Below are positions 39,480 through 49,184 of a stretch of DNA of 64,000 bases, in pieces; the stretch's first letter is position 1; every line of letters starts with the position of its first letter. The notes below the pieces were generated by a model. The model did not search any database, was not told where the DNA came from, and worked only from the letters and a program-made list of their open reading frames with translations. The stretch is from Gemmatimonadales bacterium (GTDB taxonomy: Bacteria > Gemmatimonadota > Gemmatimonadetes > Gemmatimonadales > GWC2-71-9). The stretch lies in contig JAWKQM010000012.1 in assembly GCA_041390145.1 (NCBI GenBank), positions 18,167 through 82,166 of the forward strand. The letters run 5' to 3'. The position numbers and the translations under genes are program-made.

Positions 39480-40349
39480 CTAGGGAATCCTCGTGCCGCG
39501 CCCGATGACGTTGTCGCTCGGCCCGCGGATGTCAAACCCGGTCGCCCGCCCGTTTACGACGGTGAACTCGAAGACGACGTCGGTCACCACGTCAAACAGG
39601 CTGCCGTCCACCATCGCGCCGAGATCGAACCAGTCCTCGGCCACCGGGACGAAGGTGAGATTGTTCCAGACCGGGAACGGAGCCCCGCTCCACTTCCCGA
39701 GCAGTCGCCCCTCCTTTGCGGTCACCGTCAACTCGCTCGCATTCGACTCCGCCACCCACCACATCTTGTACCGCCCGACATACCGTTCCCCCACCCCGGC
39801 CGCGAGCGGCGGGATCTCGACCGGCGGTACCGTGATGTGCAGCGAGACCGCCTTGCCGGCCCACGCCATCTCCAGCGTCGTCCCCGTCGGCGAGAAGGAG
39901 GTGAACGACCAGGTCAGCACATCCGGCCCCTCGATGTCGGTGGGCGTAACCTGGAAGCGGATCTGGGCGCTGTCCGGCTTGGGATGGGCGATATGGAAGA
40001 GCTTGGCCCGCGGGTCGAGAATAACGGTCCATTCGGTCGGCTGCACCTCCATCCAGACCGAATACTTTCCCTTCTTCAGGGGATGGCCGTCGATGGAGAC
40101 GTCGTGATCAACCTCGAGGGTGGTGGCCCAGTTGGCCCCCGGCGTCCACACCTCCCCCCAAGGGATTTGCCCGCCATACATGGGAGACCGCCCCCGCAAC
40201 ACCGGCCGGCTGTATTCGACCGTGATCCTGGTGCCGTTCACCACCTGGAAGGTGCCGCCGCGCTCGCTCGCGCGCACCTGTGCCTCTCCCGCCGACGCAC
40301 CTGTCAGCAACGCAATTGTCACGACGCTCCAAGCCCTGGTCCACCGCAT
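39480..40349 (-). CDS. exported DUF2911-like protein, paralog 3
   Basis: GGGAGGG SD 4 nt before ATG 40349. Signal peptide MRWTRAWSVVTIALLTGASAGEAQ. Same two-domain layout, more diverged. Confidence 0.7.
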   Translation of the reverse strand: MRWTRAWSVVTIALLTGASAGEAQVRASERGGTFQVVNGTRITVEYSRPVLRGRSPMYGGQIPWGEVWTPGANWATTLEVDHDVSIDGHPLKKGKYSVWMEVQPTEWTVILDPRAKLFHIAHPKPDSAQIRFQVTPTDIEGPDVLTWSFTSFSPTGTTLEMAWAGKAVSLHITVPPVEIPPLAAGVGERYVGRYKMWWVAESNASELTVTAKEGRLLGKWSGAPFPVWNNLTFVPVAEDWFDLGAMVDGSLFDVVTDVVFEFTVVNGRATGFDIRGPSDNVIGRGTRIP

Positions 40350-40368
40350 CGCGCCCTCCCGGGTCAGG

Positions 40369-40797
40369 TCAACCGTACCGCGCGTCCACAGCTTCGCGGA
40401 TCTCATCGAGGGACTTTCCAGCCTTGTGGAGGCGGGCGGCCAGACGGCCCTGTCCCTGGCAGATTTCGCAGATGCGGGCCATGCCGGCCCCCTCGTAACA
40501 CGAGAGGAGAGAATAGAACCCCGGAATGTCCGCGCAGCCGCAGTGACACCGAATCCCGTCGACGATCTGGGGAATCTCGCGAATCGCCTCGAAGGCCGAT
40601 TGGCACGAGGGATACTCCACCAGTTCGGAATCCGGCAGGACATTCGCAGCCGTAATGCCCGGCCGGGGGGTCGGATGTGTGGGGTCCCCACCCCGTCGAC
40701 GCGAGGCACCCCAGAGGGGGCCCGCCATGCCGACAGCGGCGGCGCCGCAGCAGGCGGCGAGGAAGTGACGTCGGGAGCAGTTGGAACCGTGCTTCAC
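40369..40797 (-). CDS. Tat-signal Cys-rich protein with CHCGC motif (PCYCGC-motif family-like)
   Basis: GGAGG SD 4 nt before GTG 40797. Twin-arginine signal SRRHFLAACCGAAAVG. Motifs IRCHCGC, LLSCYEG, ICEICQGQG and a C-terminal GKSLDEIREAVDARYG. Confidence 0.55.
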   Translation of the reverse strand: MKHGSNCSRRHFLAACCGAAAVGMAGPLWGASRRRGGDPTHPTPRPGITAANVLPDSELVEYPSCQSAFEAIREIPQIVDGIRCHCGCADIPGFYSLLSCYEGAGMARICEICQGQGRLAARLHKAGKSLDEIREAVDARYG

Positions 40798-40908
40798 AAG
40801 TCCTCCGCCGGTATGCGTGCGGTATCGTGGGCGAGCGATCGAGGATTGGGCTATTCCTGCAACATACGGCGCGCGCGCGCAAAGCGAAACCGGCGCCCCA
40901 GCAAACCG

Positions 40909-43900
40909 TCAGGCCAGGTCGACGGTGACGACCGTGCCCCGCCCCTCCTCGCTCTCAACCTGCACCGCGCCTCCCCAGCCCTCCACCAGCCGCTTCACAA
41001 TCGCCAGCCCCAACCCCGACCCGCTGGTCGTCGTCGAGAATCGTGGTTCGAAAATCCTCGGCAACAGCGCCTCCGAAATGCCTCGCCCGTCGTCGTGCAC
41101 CTCCAACCGTTGCGGCAGTACCTTGACCACGATGTGATGGGCACCGGCCTGCCGGGCGTTTTCGAGCAGATTGACGAGGACTTCCTTCACCTCATCTGGA
41201 TGCGCCCGACCCCAGGCGGCGGGGTCGGACTCGAGCAGGACTTCGGTTCCCTCCCCGGCCAGCCGGTAGAGGTGAACGACCTCGTTGGCGATCGGCGCCA
41301 GCCGCATCTGGTCCGGGGCGATCGTCGGCCCTGACGGGGCGGCGAAACGGCTGAACGCCCGCGCGATGGTGTCGAGTCGCTCGATCTCCGAGAGAATGCG
41401 CTCGGAGGTCTCGTCCAGCGCCGACCCGAGCGCCTCGGGCCGTTCCCGGTGGACCCGGCGCAGGTGCTGGATGCCAAGCCGGATCGGCGTCAGCGGGTTC
41501 TTGATCTCGTGGGCCACCTGCCGCGCCATCTCTCCCCAGGCCAGCACCCGCTCCACCCGGGACAACTCCGTCACGTCGTTCACGGCAAGCACCGCCCCCC
41601 CGATTTCGGGGCCGAGCGGAGCCAGGGCCACGGCGAGCCTTCGCGTGCCGTCCGCGAGCTCCGCCTCCGTGGGTGCCGAGTCCGGCTGAGCCAGGAAGGC
41701 ATCCACCGCCACCACCAGTGAGGGCCACTCGCCGCGGAGCGCGGCGTTGAAGTTCGCCCCCAGCGCGAGGGGGCCACCGAGCAACTCCTCGGCGCGCGGG
41801 TTGGCCACCATCACTTCGCCGCCCGGCCCGATGCCGACGACCCCGGTGGAGACCGTGGCAAGCACCGCCGCCGTGGTGCGCCTCGACTCCTCCAGGGCGA
41901 TCCGACTCTGCCGGATGTCCTGTGTCATTCGCGCGAACGCCGCAACCACCGGCTCAAACTCCAGGGGCGGAGGAGCCGAGCTCCTGGGTTGCGGTTCGCC
42001 CCGACCGAGGGCGAGCGCCGCGCGTCGCAGGTCTGCGACGGGCCGGGCGAGTGCCTCGGCAACCCCGCGGGCCGCGGCCACGGCGGCGGCCAATCCAAGG
42101 ACGGTCGCCAGCAGGAGAAGCCAGCCGAGGTCGGCCTGGCTTGCGGCGAGACGGGTCACCTCGGCGCCCCGGGGGGCAGCCAGCACCACGAGCTGGTCTC
42201 CCCGACCGGGACGCTCGACCCGGTAGCCCACCCGGCCGCCGCGACCGAGCAGCGGTTCGTCGGCGGCCGATTCGACTTCGCCGTCGAACGCCATGACCTG
42301 AAAGGCCGCGGCATCCTGCAGCGGCGCCAGGATCGCCAGGTCCGCGAGCACCGAATCGGTGGCGGCGATCCGCGCCCCACCCCGGTACACGGCGAGGTCG
42401 GAATGGAACCGCCCCGCCAGACGGTCGAGCGCCGCCCCCGGCGGCACCGGGGCGGCGGTCGGGTCGGTCGAGACCGCCACGACGTCCCGCAGCACCTGCG
42501 TGATGGCGTCGTCCCGTTGCCGGGCTGCCTCGGTGTTGAGCCGTGAAAGCTCCCAGACCGAAAAGCCGACGGCTGGAACGAGGAAGAACCCCGAGAGGGC
42601 GATGGCCACGCGGACACGGAAGGAACGCCGGAGGCGCTGCCAGCTCGGGAGTGCGGGTGGCATGCCGGCGATGGCCTCGGCGAGCAGCCAGATCAGTGCG
42701 AGCACCACGGCATCGAGCACGACAACCAGCGCGCCACGGACCAGCAAGGGGAACGGGCCGCGCAAGTCAACGTCGGCGTGGGCGCCGCGCACCCCGTCAG
42801 GCATCTGCACGGCGCGCTCACCGTGGACCGACCACCCTTCCCGCCGCCACCGGAGGCGCCGTGCATCCGGCGTCAGCCCGGGGGTCGGTGGCGAAAGCGC
42901 CATCCGGTACGACGGCTGTGCCAGCGCCGTGGGATCGAGGAGCGAGCCGAGTCGGTCGGGGACGAGCAAGTTGGTCTTCGGCCCGATGGAGACGGTCAGC
43001 AGGTCCTCCGAGGCCAGCCGAAGCGTCAGCACCTGGTAGACCCCCGGTACACCCCGCACGGTGGAGATCCGCATCGAATCGCCGAGCGGCAGCCCGGTCG
43101 CCAGGGCCGCCACCGAATCCTCCGGCAGATCAAGCGAATCGAGCGCGAGGGTGGCGGAGACCGTGCCATCCGGCCGCCGGAGCGCAAGCCGGACTGGATA
43201 CCCAGCCAGATCGGTCCGCGCCTCCAACCACCGAACGTAAAGTTGCGACGCGTTTTGCGGCGCCGGCGTTTCCCGGAGCCTGGCCCCAGCGCGATCGAGC
43301 AGCGGGACCACGACAGGATCCACGCTCGGGCCCTGGCGCATGGCATCCTGCTGCGCGGCCTCCAGACGGCTGTCTGTGATAGCGCCCCACGTCAGCAACG
43401 CGGCCGCACTGCCCGCCACCGTGGCAATGCCGATGATCGTCACCATCCGCGCGGCCGGCCTCGTCACCAGCAGCAGCCCGGGGAGCCAGAGGAAGATGTA
43501 CCACCCCTCCCAGCCGGTACCCGGCTGCCAGACGTACAGGCCCGCTGCCGCCGCAACGATCGTCAACGCCATCCCGATCCCGACCGCCATCGGCGAGCCG
43601 CTCCGGTCGGTCGTCCCTCGGAGGAGCGCCGCCGCGATCACCGCGGGCGCCATGGCGGCCAGGGCAAGCGTCAGCTGCCAGCCGAGCCAGAGGCCGAGCG
43701 AGACGCCCGCGGCCGGAGGCGTGATGCCGCGCGAGAAGTAGCGCAACACGACGGGAGCCACGAGCAGGAGCAGGATGCCCACCGGAAGGGAGAACCACCG
43801 GCGACGCAGGGGACGGTTCCAGAGCGCCACGGAGAGGAGCGTGCAGAGGAGGGCCAGGATCGCCAGCGAGCCCGCCGAACTTCCCATCGGCCCGAGCGCG

Positions 43901-44892
43901 GGGCGGTAGAACGACATCGGGGAGAAAAAGTCCTCGAGGCCCAGGAGGGAGCCGATCGGCGCCCGCGCGAGAACCCCCACGCCGAGCGCGAGCACCGCAT
44001 ACCGTGTCACCGCGGTCGCTGAGACGACCACGATGAGGATGAGGGCGAGCAGCAGAACGCAGGCCGTGACCCGGGCGCCCTTTTCTCGCGCCGCCGCCGT
44101 GGCCTCCTCGAGGACCGGCGGCACCGGCTGCACGCTGAAGAGCAAGCGGGGGCCGGCGGTGGTGGGTTCCGAATAATCGAAGACGTCAGGCGTGTCCGGC
44201 GCAGTGCCGACCGGATACACGCGGAGCCCGACGCCCGTCCGCGCCCGGAAGTCCTCCGTCACGGATTGCACCCGTTCCGGGACCGCCGAGGAGGCCCAGA
44301 CCACGACGGAGCCCACGGCTCGCCGCTCGAGTGGCGCCTCGCGGGTGACCTCGAGCACCAGGTAGAACGGGTTGTCCGTGGTCGACACCGGGCGGCCGTC
44401 GCCCTGTGGGGCCAATCGATGCGAGCCTGCCCATGCCTGGACCTGGCCGGCTTCGTCAAGCAGCGCGACGCCGGCCTCCAGGTCGGTGTGGCCCACCGCG
44501 TGTTCGAGCGCCGGGAAGGTTGCCTGCAGATTGGAGGGGGCGGCGCTCGCTTCATCCGCGAGGCGGTTCGCAAGCAGGTACGCGGCGTGGAGGTCGCCGG
44601 CCAGCCGGTCGGTGGCCCGGTCGACACGCGACTGCTGGATCGTTGACCAGTGGGTCTCGAGTTGCGCGAGTCGCCACTCGGTGATCAGCGGGATGAGGGC
44701 GAGGAGGGCGAGCGCCGCGCCGACCACCCGGGTCCGCCAGCCGCTCCACGGGCGGCGCACCCAGAGGGCGAGGGCCGCGCTGAGGCATGCCACGAGCACC
44801 CACCCGAGCGTCGGCGTGCGCAGCCATTCCCCGGCGGCGATAACCGTCAGGGCGGCCGACGGCAGCCACCAGCGATGCGGGGAGGGGTTCAC
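40909..44892 (-). CDS. very large polytopic sensor histidine kinase (HAMP-PAS-HisKA-HATPase C-terminus)
   Basis: C-terminal HEIKNPLTPIRLGIQHL (H-box), LLENARQAG (N-box), GSGLGLAIVKRLVE (G2). The N-terminal roughly 900 aa has several TM clusters separated by large soluble segments. Start placed at GTG 44892 because longer versions run antisense through the creatininase gene; this start is uncertain. Confidence 0.75.
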   Translation of the reverse strand: MNPSPHRWWLPSAALTVIAAGEWLRTPTLGWVLVACLSAALALWVRRPWSGWRTRVVGAALALLALIPLITEWRLAQLETHWSTIQQSRVDRATDRLAGDLHAAYLLANRLADEASAAPSNLQATFPALEHAVGHTDLEAGVALLDEAGQVQAWAGSHRLAPQGDGRPVSTTDNPFYLVLEVTREAPLERRAVGSVVVWASSAVPERVQSVTEDFRARTGVGLRVYPVGTAPDTPDVFDYSEPTTAGPRLLFSVQPVPPVLEEATAAAREKGARVTACVLLLALILIVVVSATAVTRYAVLALGVGVLARAPIGSLLGLEDFFSPMSFYRPALGPMGSSAGSLAILALLCTLLSVALWNRPLRRRWFSLPVGILLLLVAPVVLRYFSRGITPPAAGVSLGLWLGWQLTLALAAMAPAVIAAALLRGTTDRSGSPMAVGIGMALTIVAAAAGLYVWQPGTGWEGWYIFLWLPGLLLVTRPAARMVTIIGIATVAGSAAALLTWGAITDSRLEAAQQDAMRQGPSVDPVVVPLLDRAGARLRETPAPQNASQLYVRWLEARTDLAGYPVRLALRRPDGTVSATLALDSLDLPEDSVAALATGLPLGDSMRISTVRGVPGVYQVLTLRLASEDLLTVSIGPKTNLLVPDRLGSLLDPTALAQPSYRMALSPPTPGLTPDARRLRWRREGWSVHGERAVQMPDGVRGAHADVDLRGPFPLLVRGALVVVLDAVVLALIWLLAEAIAGMPPALPSWQRLRRSFRVRVAIALSGFFLVPAVGFSVWELSRLNTEAARQRDDAITQVLRDVVAVSTDPTAAPVPPGAALDRLAGRFHSDLAVYRGGARIAATDSVLADLAILAPLQDAAAFQVMAFDGEVESAADEPLLGRGGRVGYRVERPGRGDQLVVLAAPRGAEVTRLAASQADLGWLLLLATVLGLAAAVAAARGVAEALARPVADLRRAALALGRGEPQPRSSAPPPLEFEPVVAAFARMTQDIRQSRIALEESRRTTAAVLATVSTGVVGIGPGGEVMVANPRAEELLGGPLALGANFNAALRGEWPSLVVAVDAFLAQPDSAPTEAELADGTRRLAVALAPLGPEIGGAVLAVNDVTELSRVERVLAWGEMARQVAHEIKNPLTPIRLGIQHLRRVHRERPEALGSALDETSERILSEIERLDTIARAFSRFAAPSGPTIAPDQMRLAPIANEVVHLYRLAGEGTEVLLESDPAAWGRAHPDEVKEVLVNLLENARQAGAHHIVVKVLPQRLEVHDDGRGISEALLPRIFEPRFSTTTSGSGLGLAIVKRLVEGWGGAVQVESEEGRGTVVTVDLA

Positions 44893-44897
44893 CCGCG

Positions 44898-44904
44898 TAT
44901 TATA
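44898..44904. promoter_or_regulatory. overlapping bidirectional -10-like element
   Basis: Plus strand: TATTAT-N7-ATG (creatininase). Minus strand: TATAAT-N6-GTG (histidine kinase). Both sit in an 18-bp divergent gap. Confidence 0.4.
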
Positions 44905-44910
44905 CGCAGG

Positions 44911-45564
44911 ATGAGTTCGACTTTGCCCTGCCGGCTCAAGGAAATGCTCCCTGCCGAGGTGGAGCGCTGCCTCGCCCGCCGGCCGACGCTGATCCTGCCG
45001 GTCGGATCCACCGAGCAGCACGGCGCCCACCTCCCGCTCGGGATCGACACGATTCTCGTTGAGCGGCTCGCGGACGACCTCTCCGCGCGCTTTGGGGTCG
45101 TGCGAGCCCCGGCGGTCGAGTACGCAGCCAACCGCGACCCGCATCGCCCCCTGCCGGGGAGCGCGCCACTGGGGCGGAAGACCCTCCATCGTCTCATGAA
45201 CGAACTGGTGGAGGCGTGGGAGCTTGGGAGCGGTGTGTTGGAGTTCATCATCCTCACCGCGGAAGGGCACGAAGCCCACCAGGAGGCCCTGAGCACCCTT
45301 CTGGTCAAGAATGCAAAGGTTCAGGTTGTGGACATCTTCTCGCTCGATTTTGGCTCACTGCTCGAGGAACCGGGCATGCCGGCCCACGGCGGGGAACTCG
45401 ACACCTCACTCCTGATGCACCTCGCGCCGCACCTCGTGCGCATGGAAGTTGCGGTGGATACACCTCGCGCGATGCCCTCGCTGTCGACACCCGAGAAGGG
45501 GGCCCGCCTCTACAAGTTCATCCTGGACCGGATTGCGGTCCGTTGCCTGCACCAGGAGTCGTGA
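44911..45564 (+). CDS. creatininase (creatinine amidohydrolase) family protein
   Basis: LPVGSTEQHGAHLPLGID metal-binding block and later HGGELDTS. 217 aa. Confidence 0.8.
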   Translation: MSSTLPCRLKEMLPAEVERCLARRPTLILPVGSTEQHGAHLPLGIDTILVERLADDLSARFGVVRAPAVEYAANRDPHRPLPGSAPLGRKTLHRLMNELVEAWELGSGVLEFIILTAEGHEAHQEALSTLLVKNAKVQVVDIFSLDFGSLLEEPGMPAHGGELDTSLLMHLAPHLVRMEVAVDTPRAMPSLSTPEKGARLYKFILDRIAVRCLHQES

Positions 45565-46196
45565 TGCGAATCTGGCACCTGCTGCTCTGCGCCCTCTGCA
45601 GCGCGTCCGTTCTCAGCGCCCAACAGGCTGACCGGGGAGTCTTCAGCATCCAGCGGGGCGAAACGCCGCTGGGACGGGAGGAGTTCACCTTCCAACCCGC
45701 CGCCGACACGAGCGGCGGGGGCATGCTGGCCTCACTCGCCCGCTACCCCGCCACCGCTCCGACGGTCCAGATCCAGGCCATGCTTGAGCAGGGTCCGGGG
45801 GGAGCGGTCGTCGCCCTCCAGATCGACACCCGCAGGCCGTCGGGAGTGAATCGTGTCCTCGGCGCGGCGCTCAAGGACAATCTCACGATCCGCCATTCGA
45901 CCTCGGCGGCGGAGACCGTGCGCGAATACCCCCGGGCGGCGGGCATCGTCATTCTCGACGACAGCGTCTTCGCCCTGTACCAGGTCGTGGCCCGACGGGC
46001 CACGGCGGCGGGCGCGCGCATGCAGGTGCTCTTTCCAAGGTCGGGCCGCCGCGGGCAGCTCACGGCCACCCTCTCCGATCCGAAGACCATCGATCTTACC
46101 GGAGCGGTCGGCGGTACCCTCACCGTTGATGCCTCAGGCCGGCTGATGCGCGTCGTACTCTCCGACGGACTCACCGCGATTCGCCAGTCGAAGTAG
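45564..46196 (+). CDS. exported protein, unknown function
   Basis: ATG overlaps the creatininase stop (TGATG). Signal peptide MRIWHLLLCALCSASVLSAQQ. No motif recognised. A stem-loop follows. Confidence 0.5.
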   Translation: MRIWHLLLCALCSASVLSAQQADRGVFSIQRGETPLGREEFTFQPAADTSGGGMLASLARYPATAPTVQIQAMLEQGPGGAVVALQIDTRRPSGVNRVLGAALKDNLTIRHSTSAAETVREYPRAAGIVILDDSVFALYQVVARRATAAGARMQVLFPRSGRRGQLTATLSDPKTIDLTGAVGGTLTVDASGRLMRVVLSDGLTAIRQSK

Positions 46197-46263
46197 CGCC
46201 CCCTTCGTAAGTCGTTATTTCGTAGTATCTTCCCTCCAGTTCGTCCCAAGCTGAAACTCAACC

Positions 46264-46287
46264 TGTGCCCCCTCCGTAGGGGGCGCA
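46264..46287 (+). terminator. stem-loop downstream of gene 45564-46196
   Basis: 10-bp stem (one G:U) TGTGCCCCCT / AGGGGGCGCA with loop CCGT, followed by the pyrimidine/T-rich run GATCTTCTCTCT. Confidence 0.5.
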
Positions 46288-46326
46288 CGATCTTCTCTCT
46301 GGCCTGACGACACTGGGGATTACTTC

Positions 46327-47892
46327 ATGACGCATTGGAAGCGGTTGCTCGCGCTCGGCCTTTTCGTTCCGAGCCTGGCCCTCGCCCAGCAGCCCACGAC
46401 GCCAACGGCGACACTGGAACCGGCCCCGACCGCCGGCATTTCGCTCCAGGACGCCATCAGTTCCGCCCTGGCCAAGAATCCCGGCTACCTCCAGTGGCTC
46501 AACAATGAGAGCCCGGCAAACCTCGCGGTGAAGAGCGCCTATGCGAGCTTCATCCCGAGCGCGAGTGTCTCGGGTGGCTTCAACTACACCGGGTCCGGCT
46601 CCTCCAACTTCGGCGGTACGAACGTCGTCAAGACGTCGGCGTCGGTCGGTTCCAACTACAGCATCGACCTCAATTGGACGCTCGATGGCCGCGTGCTGAA
46701 CACCCCCGGCCAGACCCGGGCCAACCTCCGGGCCACCAAGGAGCAGATTGCGGCGGCCAACGTCCAGCTCCGCGCCGCGGTGAACACGGCGTACCTGAAC
46801 GTGCTGCAGACCAACGCACGCATCGAGGTGGTCACCCAGCAGGTCGCCCGGAACCGCGTGTTCCTCGACCTCGCGAAGGCGCGCTACCAGGTGGGACAGG
46901 CGACGATGCTCGACACCCGGCAGGCCGAGGTGACCCTCGGCCAGTCGGAAGTGGACCTGCTGGTGGCCAGGCAGCAGAACGCCGACGCCCGGCTGGAACT
47001 CTTCCAGTTGATGGGCGTCACCGCGCCAGAGGGGTTCGAGACCATCGCCCTGACCGATTCCTTCCCGGTGACGGAGCCCTCGTACTCGCTCAACGACCTG
47101 CTCAGCAAGGCGTCAGAGGTGAATCCAAACCTCAAGGCTGCCGTGGCGTCGGCCGACGCGAGCGGGTACAACCTGAGCGCCGTCAAGAGCGAGTATTTCC
47201 CGTCGCTGCGGGCCAGCGCCAACTGGAGCGGCTACACGCAGGAGTACACCGACGATCAGTCGCTGGTGAACCAGGCGTACGCCAGCGCGAGCGGCGCGGC
47301 GGCCAACTGCACCTTCCAGAACCAGATCATCCAGGGCCTGACCTACGGCCCGGGCGGGATTCCCGGCCAGCCGAATGGCGGGATCATCCCCGACTGTTAC
47401 GCCTATTCAGGGTTGAACGCCACAGGCACGGCGCTCGATCCGATCGTGTCCCAGCAGATCATCGACAACAACAACACCTTCCCGTGGAACTTCACCACGC
47501 AGCCGTTCCAGATCTTCGCCGGCATCTCGCTGCCGATTTTCAACGGCCTGCAGCGTGAGACCCGCGTCTCCCAGGCCAAGGCCCAGCGGGACGACGCCAC
47601 CGAAGAGGTGCGGGCCCAGTCCCTGCTCGTCCGGAGGCAGGTGACGAGCCGCTACCTCGCCATCGGAGCCGCCTACCAGGCGATCGGCGTCGCGGAAGAG
47701 AACAAGGCCGCCGCCGCCGACCAGCTCCGGCTGGCGCAGGACCGGTACCGGCTCGGCCAGGGCACCGCGCTGGAACTCTCGGACGCCGAGGGTGCGGTGC
47801 AGCGCGCCGATGGAACGTATGTCGACGCCATCTATGGTTATCACAAGGCCGTGGTCGCGCTTGAAGAGGCGGTCGGGCAACCCCTTCGTTAA
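46327..47892 (+). CDS. TolC family outer-membrane efflux protein
   Basis: Signal peptide, two OEP repeats (AYLNVLQT..., YRLGQGTALELSDAE). First gene of the MacAB-like locus. Confidence 0.85.
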   Translation: MTHWKRLLALGLFVPSLALAQQPTTPTATLEPAPTAGISLQDAISSALAKNPGYLQWLNNESPANLAVKSAYASFIPSASVSGGFNYTGSGSSNFGGTNVVKTSASVGSNYSIDLNWTLDGRVLNTPGQTRANLRATKEQIAAANVQLRAAVNTAYLNVLQTNARIEVVTQQVARNRVFLDLAKARYQVGQATMLDTRQAEVTLGQSEVDLLVARQQNADARLELFQLMGVTAPEGFETIALTDSFPVTEPSYSLNDLLSKASEVNPNLKAAVASADASGYNLSAVKSEYFPSLRASANWSGYTQEYTDDQSLVNQAYASASGAAANCTFQNQIIQGLTYGPGGIPGQPNGGIIPDCYAYSGLNATGTALDPIVSQQIIDNNNTFPWNFTTQPFQIFAGISLPIFNGLQRETRVSQAKAQRDDATEEVRAQSLLVRRQVTSRYLAIGAAYQAIGVAEENKAAAADQLRLAQDRYRLGQGTALELSDAEGAVQRADGTYVDAIYGYHKAVVALEEAVGQPLR

Positions 47893-47900
47893 TCCCGAGG

Positions 47901-49184
47901 ATGCACATGTCACGTCGCACCAAGTTCGGACTTATCGCCGCCATCCTGATCGTCGTGGTCGGTGGACTGTTCTTCCTCACCGCGGCCAACCGCAACAAGC
48001 GGGCGGTCGAGGTCCGGTTTGACACGGTCCAGCCCCAGGACCTCGTCGCCTCGGTCACGGCCAGCGGTCGCATCGAGCCGAAGACGAAGGTGGACATCAG
48101 CGCCGACATCACCGGGCGTGTCACACAGATTGCGGTCAAGGAGGGCGACTGGGTCAAGAAGGGGCAGTTCCTGCTCCAGATCGACCCGGCCCAGTATGAG
48201 GCCGCCGTTGCCCGGACCGAGGCGTTGCTCTCGGCCTCCACCGCCTCGTACGTCCAGGCGAAGGCCAACTACGACCAGGCCAAGCGGACGGTCGATCGCG
48301 CCAAGGAACTGAGCGCCAGCAGCCCGAACCTGATCTCGACCGAGGCGGTCGAGCAGGCGCAGACGGCCTTCGAGGTGGCCGAGGCGAACCTGAACGCCTC
48401 CAGCGCCCAGATGGCGCAGAACCGCGCCACGCTGCAGGACGCCAAGGATCAGCTCTCGAAGACGCGACTCATCAGCCCCCTCGACGGCCGGGTCACCCGG
48501 CTGAACGTGGAAGTGGGCGAAGTCGCCGTCCCCGGTACCTTCTCGCGAGAGACGGCGTTGCTCATGACCGTGGCCGACCTCTCCGTGATCCTGGCCAAGG
48601 TGCAGGTCGACGAAACTGACGTGGTGCGCCTGGCCCTCGGCGACTCGGTGCGCGTGACCATCGACGCCTTCCCCGACACGGGCTTTGTCGGGCGCGTCAC
48701 CAAGATCAGCAACAGCGCGCAGTTGACCGCCACGGCCACGGCCGGCGGATCCTCCGACCGCGCGGTGGACTTCGACGTGGAAATCACGCTCGAAAATCCG
48801 CCCGAGGACATCCGGCCCGACCTGAGCGCCACCGCGAAGATCGTCACCGACACCCGCACCCAGGTGCCCAGCGTGCCGATCATTGCACTGACGGTCCGCC
48901 AGCATGAAGTGATGCCGAACGAGAGCGCGCCGGCCGGCAACCAGGCGGCGGACAGCTCGGAGAAGAAGATGACGGACACCGAAGGGGTGTTCGTGGTGCG
49001 GGATGGGATCGCCACCTTCACGCCGGTCAAGGTGGGCATCGCCGGTGAGGAGTACTTCGAAGTGGTGTCGGGTGTGCAGCTCGGCGACTCGATTGTCGCC
49101 GGCACGTACCAGACGATCCGCGACCTGCAGGACAGCGCCAAGGTCCGCGCGGCCAAGATGCCCGCGCCGGGAGGCGTGAAGTAA
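47901..49184 (+). CDS. HlyD/MacA-type periplasmic adaptor
   Basis: N-terminal TM, lipoyl/hairpin blocks ([42 protein letters not shown]), long coiled-coil. Confidence 0.85.
   Translation: MHMSRRTKFGLIAAILIVVVGGLFFLTAANRNKRAVEVRFDTVQPQDLVASVTASGRIEPKTKVDISADITGRVTQIAVKEGDWVKKGQFLLQIDPAQYEAAVARTEALLSASTASYVQAKANYDQAKRTVDRAKELSASSPNLISTEAVEQAQTAFEVAEANLNASSAQMAQNRATLQDAKDQLSKTRLISPLDGRVTRLNVEVGEVAVPGTFSRETALLMTVADLSVILAKVQVDETDVVRLALGDSVRVTIDAFPDTGFVGRVTKISNSAQLTATATAGGSSDRAVDFDVEITLENPPEDIRPDLSATAKIVTDTRTQVPSVPIIALTVRQHEVMPNESAPAGNQAADSSEKKMTDTEGVFVVRDGIATFTPVKVGIAGEEYFEVVSGVQLGDSIVAGTYQTIRDLQDSAKVRAAKMPAPGGVK

Noticed and set aside
40909-45279. The full 1456-aa version of the histidine kinase ORF.
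   Set aside because: Its first ~128 codons run antisense through the creatininase-family gene (44911-45564), which has clear metal-binding motifs. The extension has no TM or domain features. A GTG at 44892, preceded by TATAAT-N6, gives a sensible N-terminus (VNPSPHRWWLPSAALTVIAAG, a TM helix).
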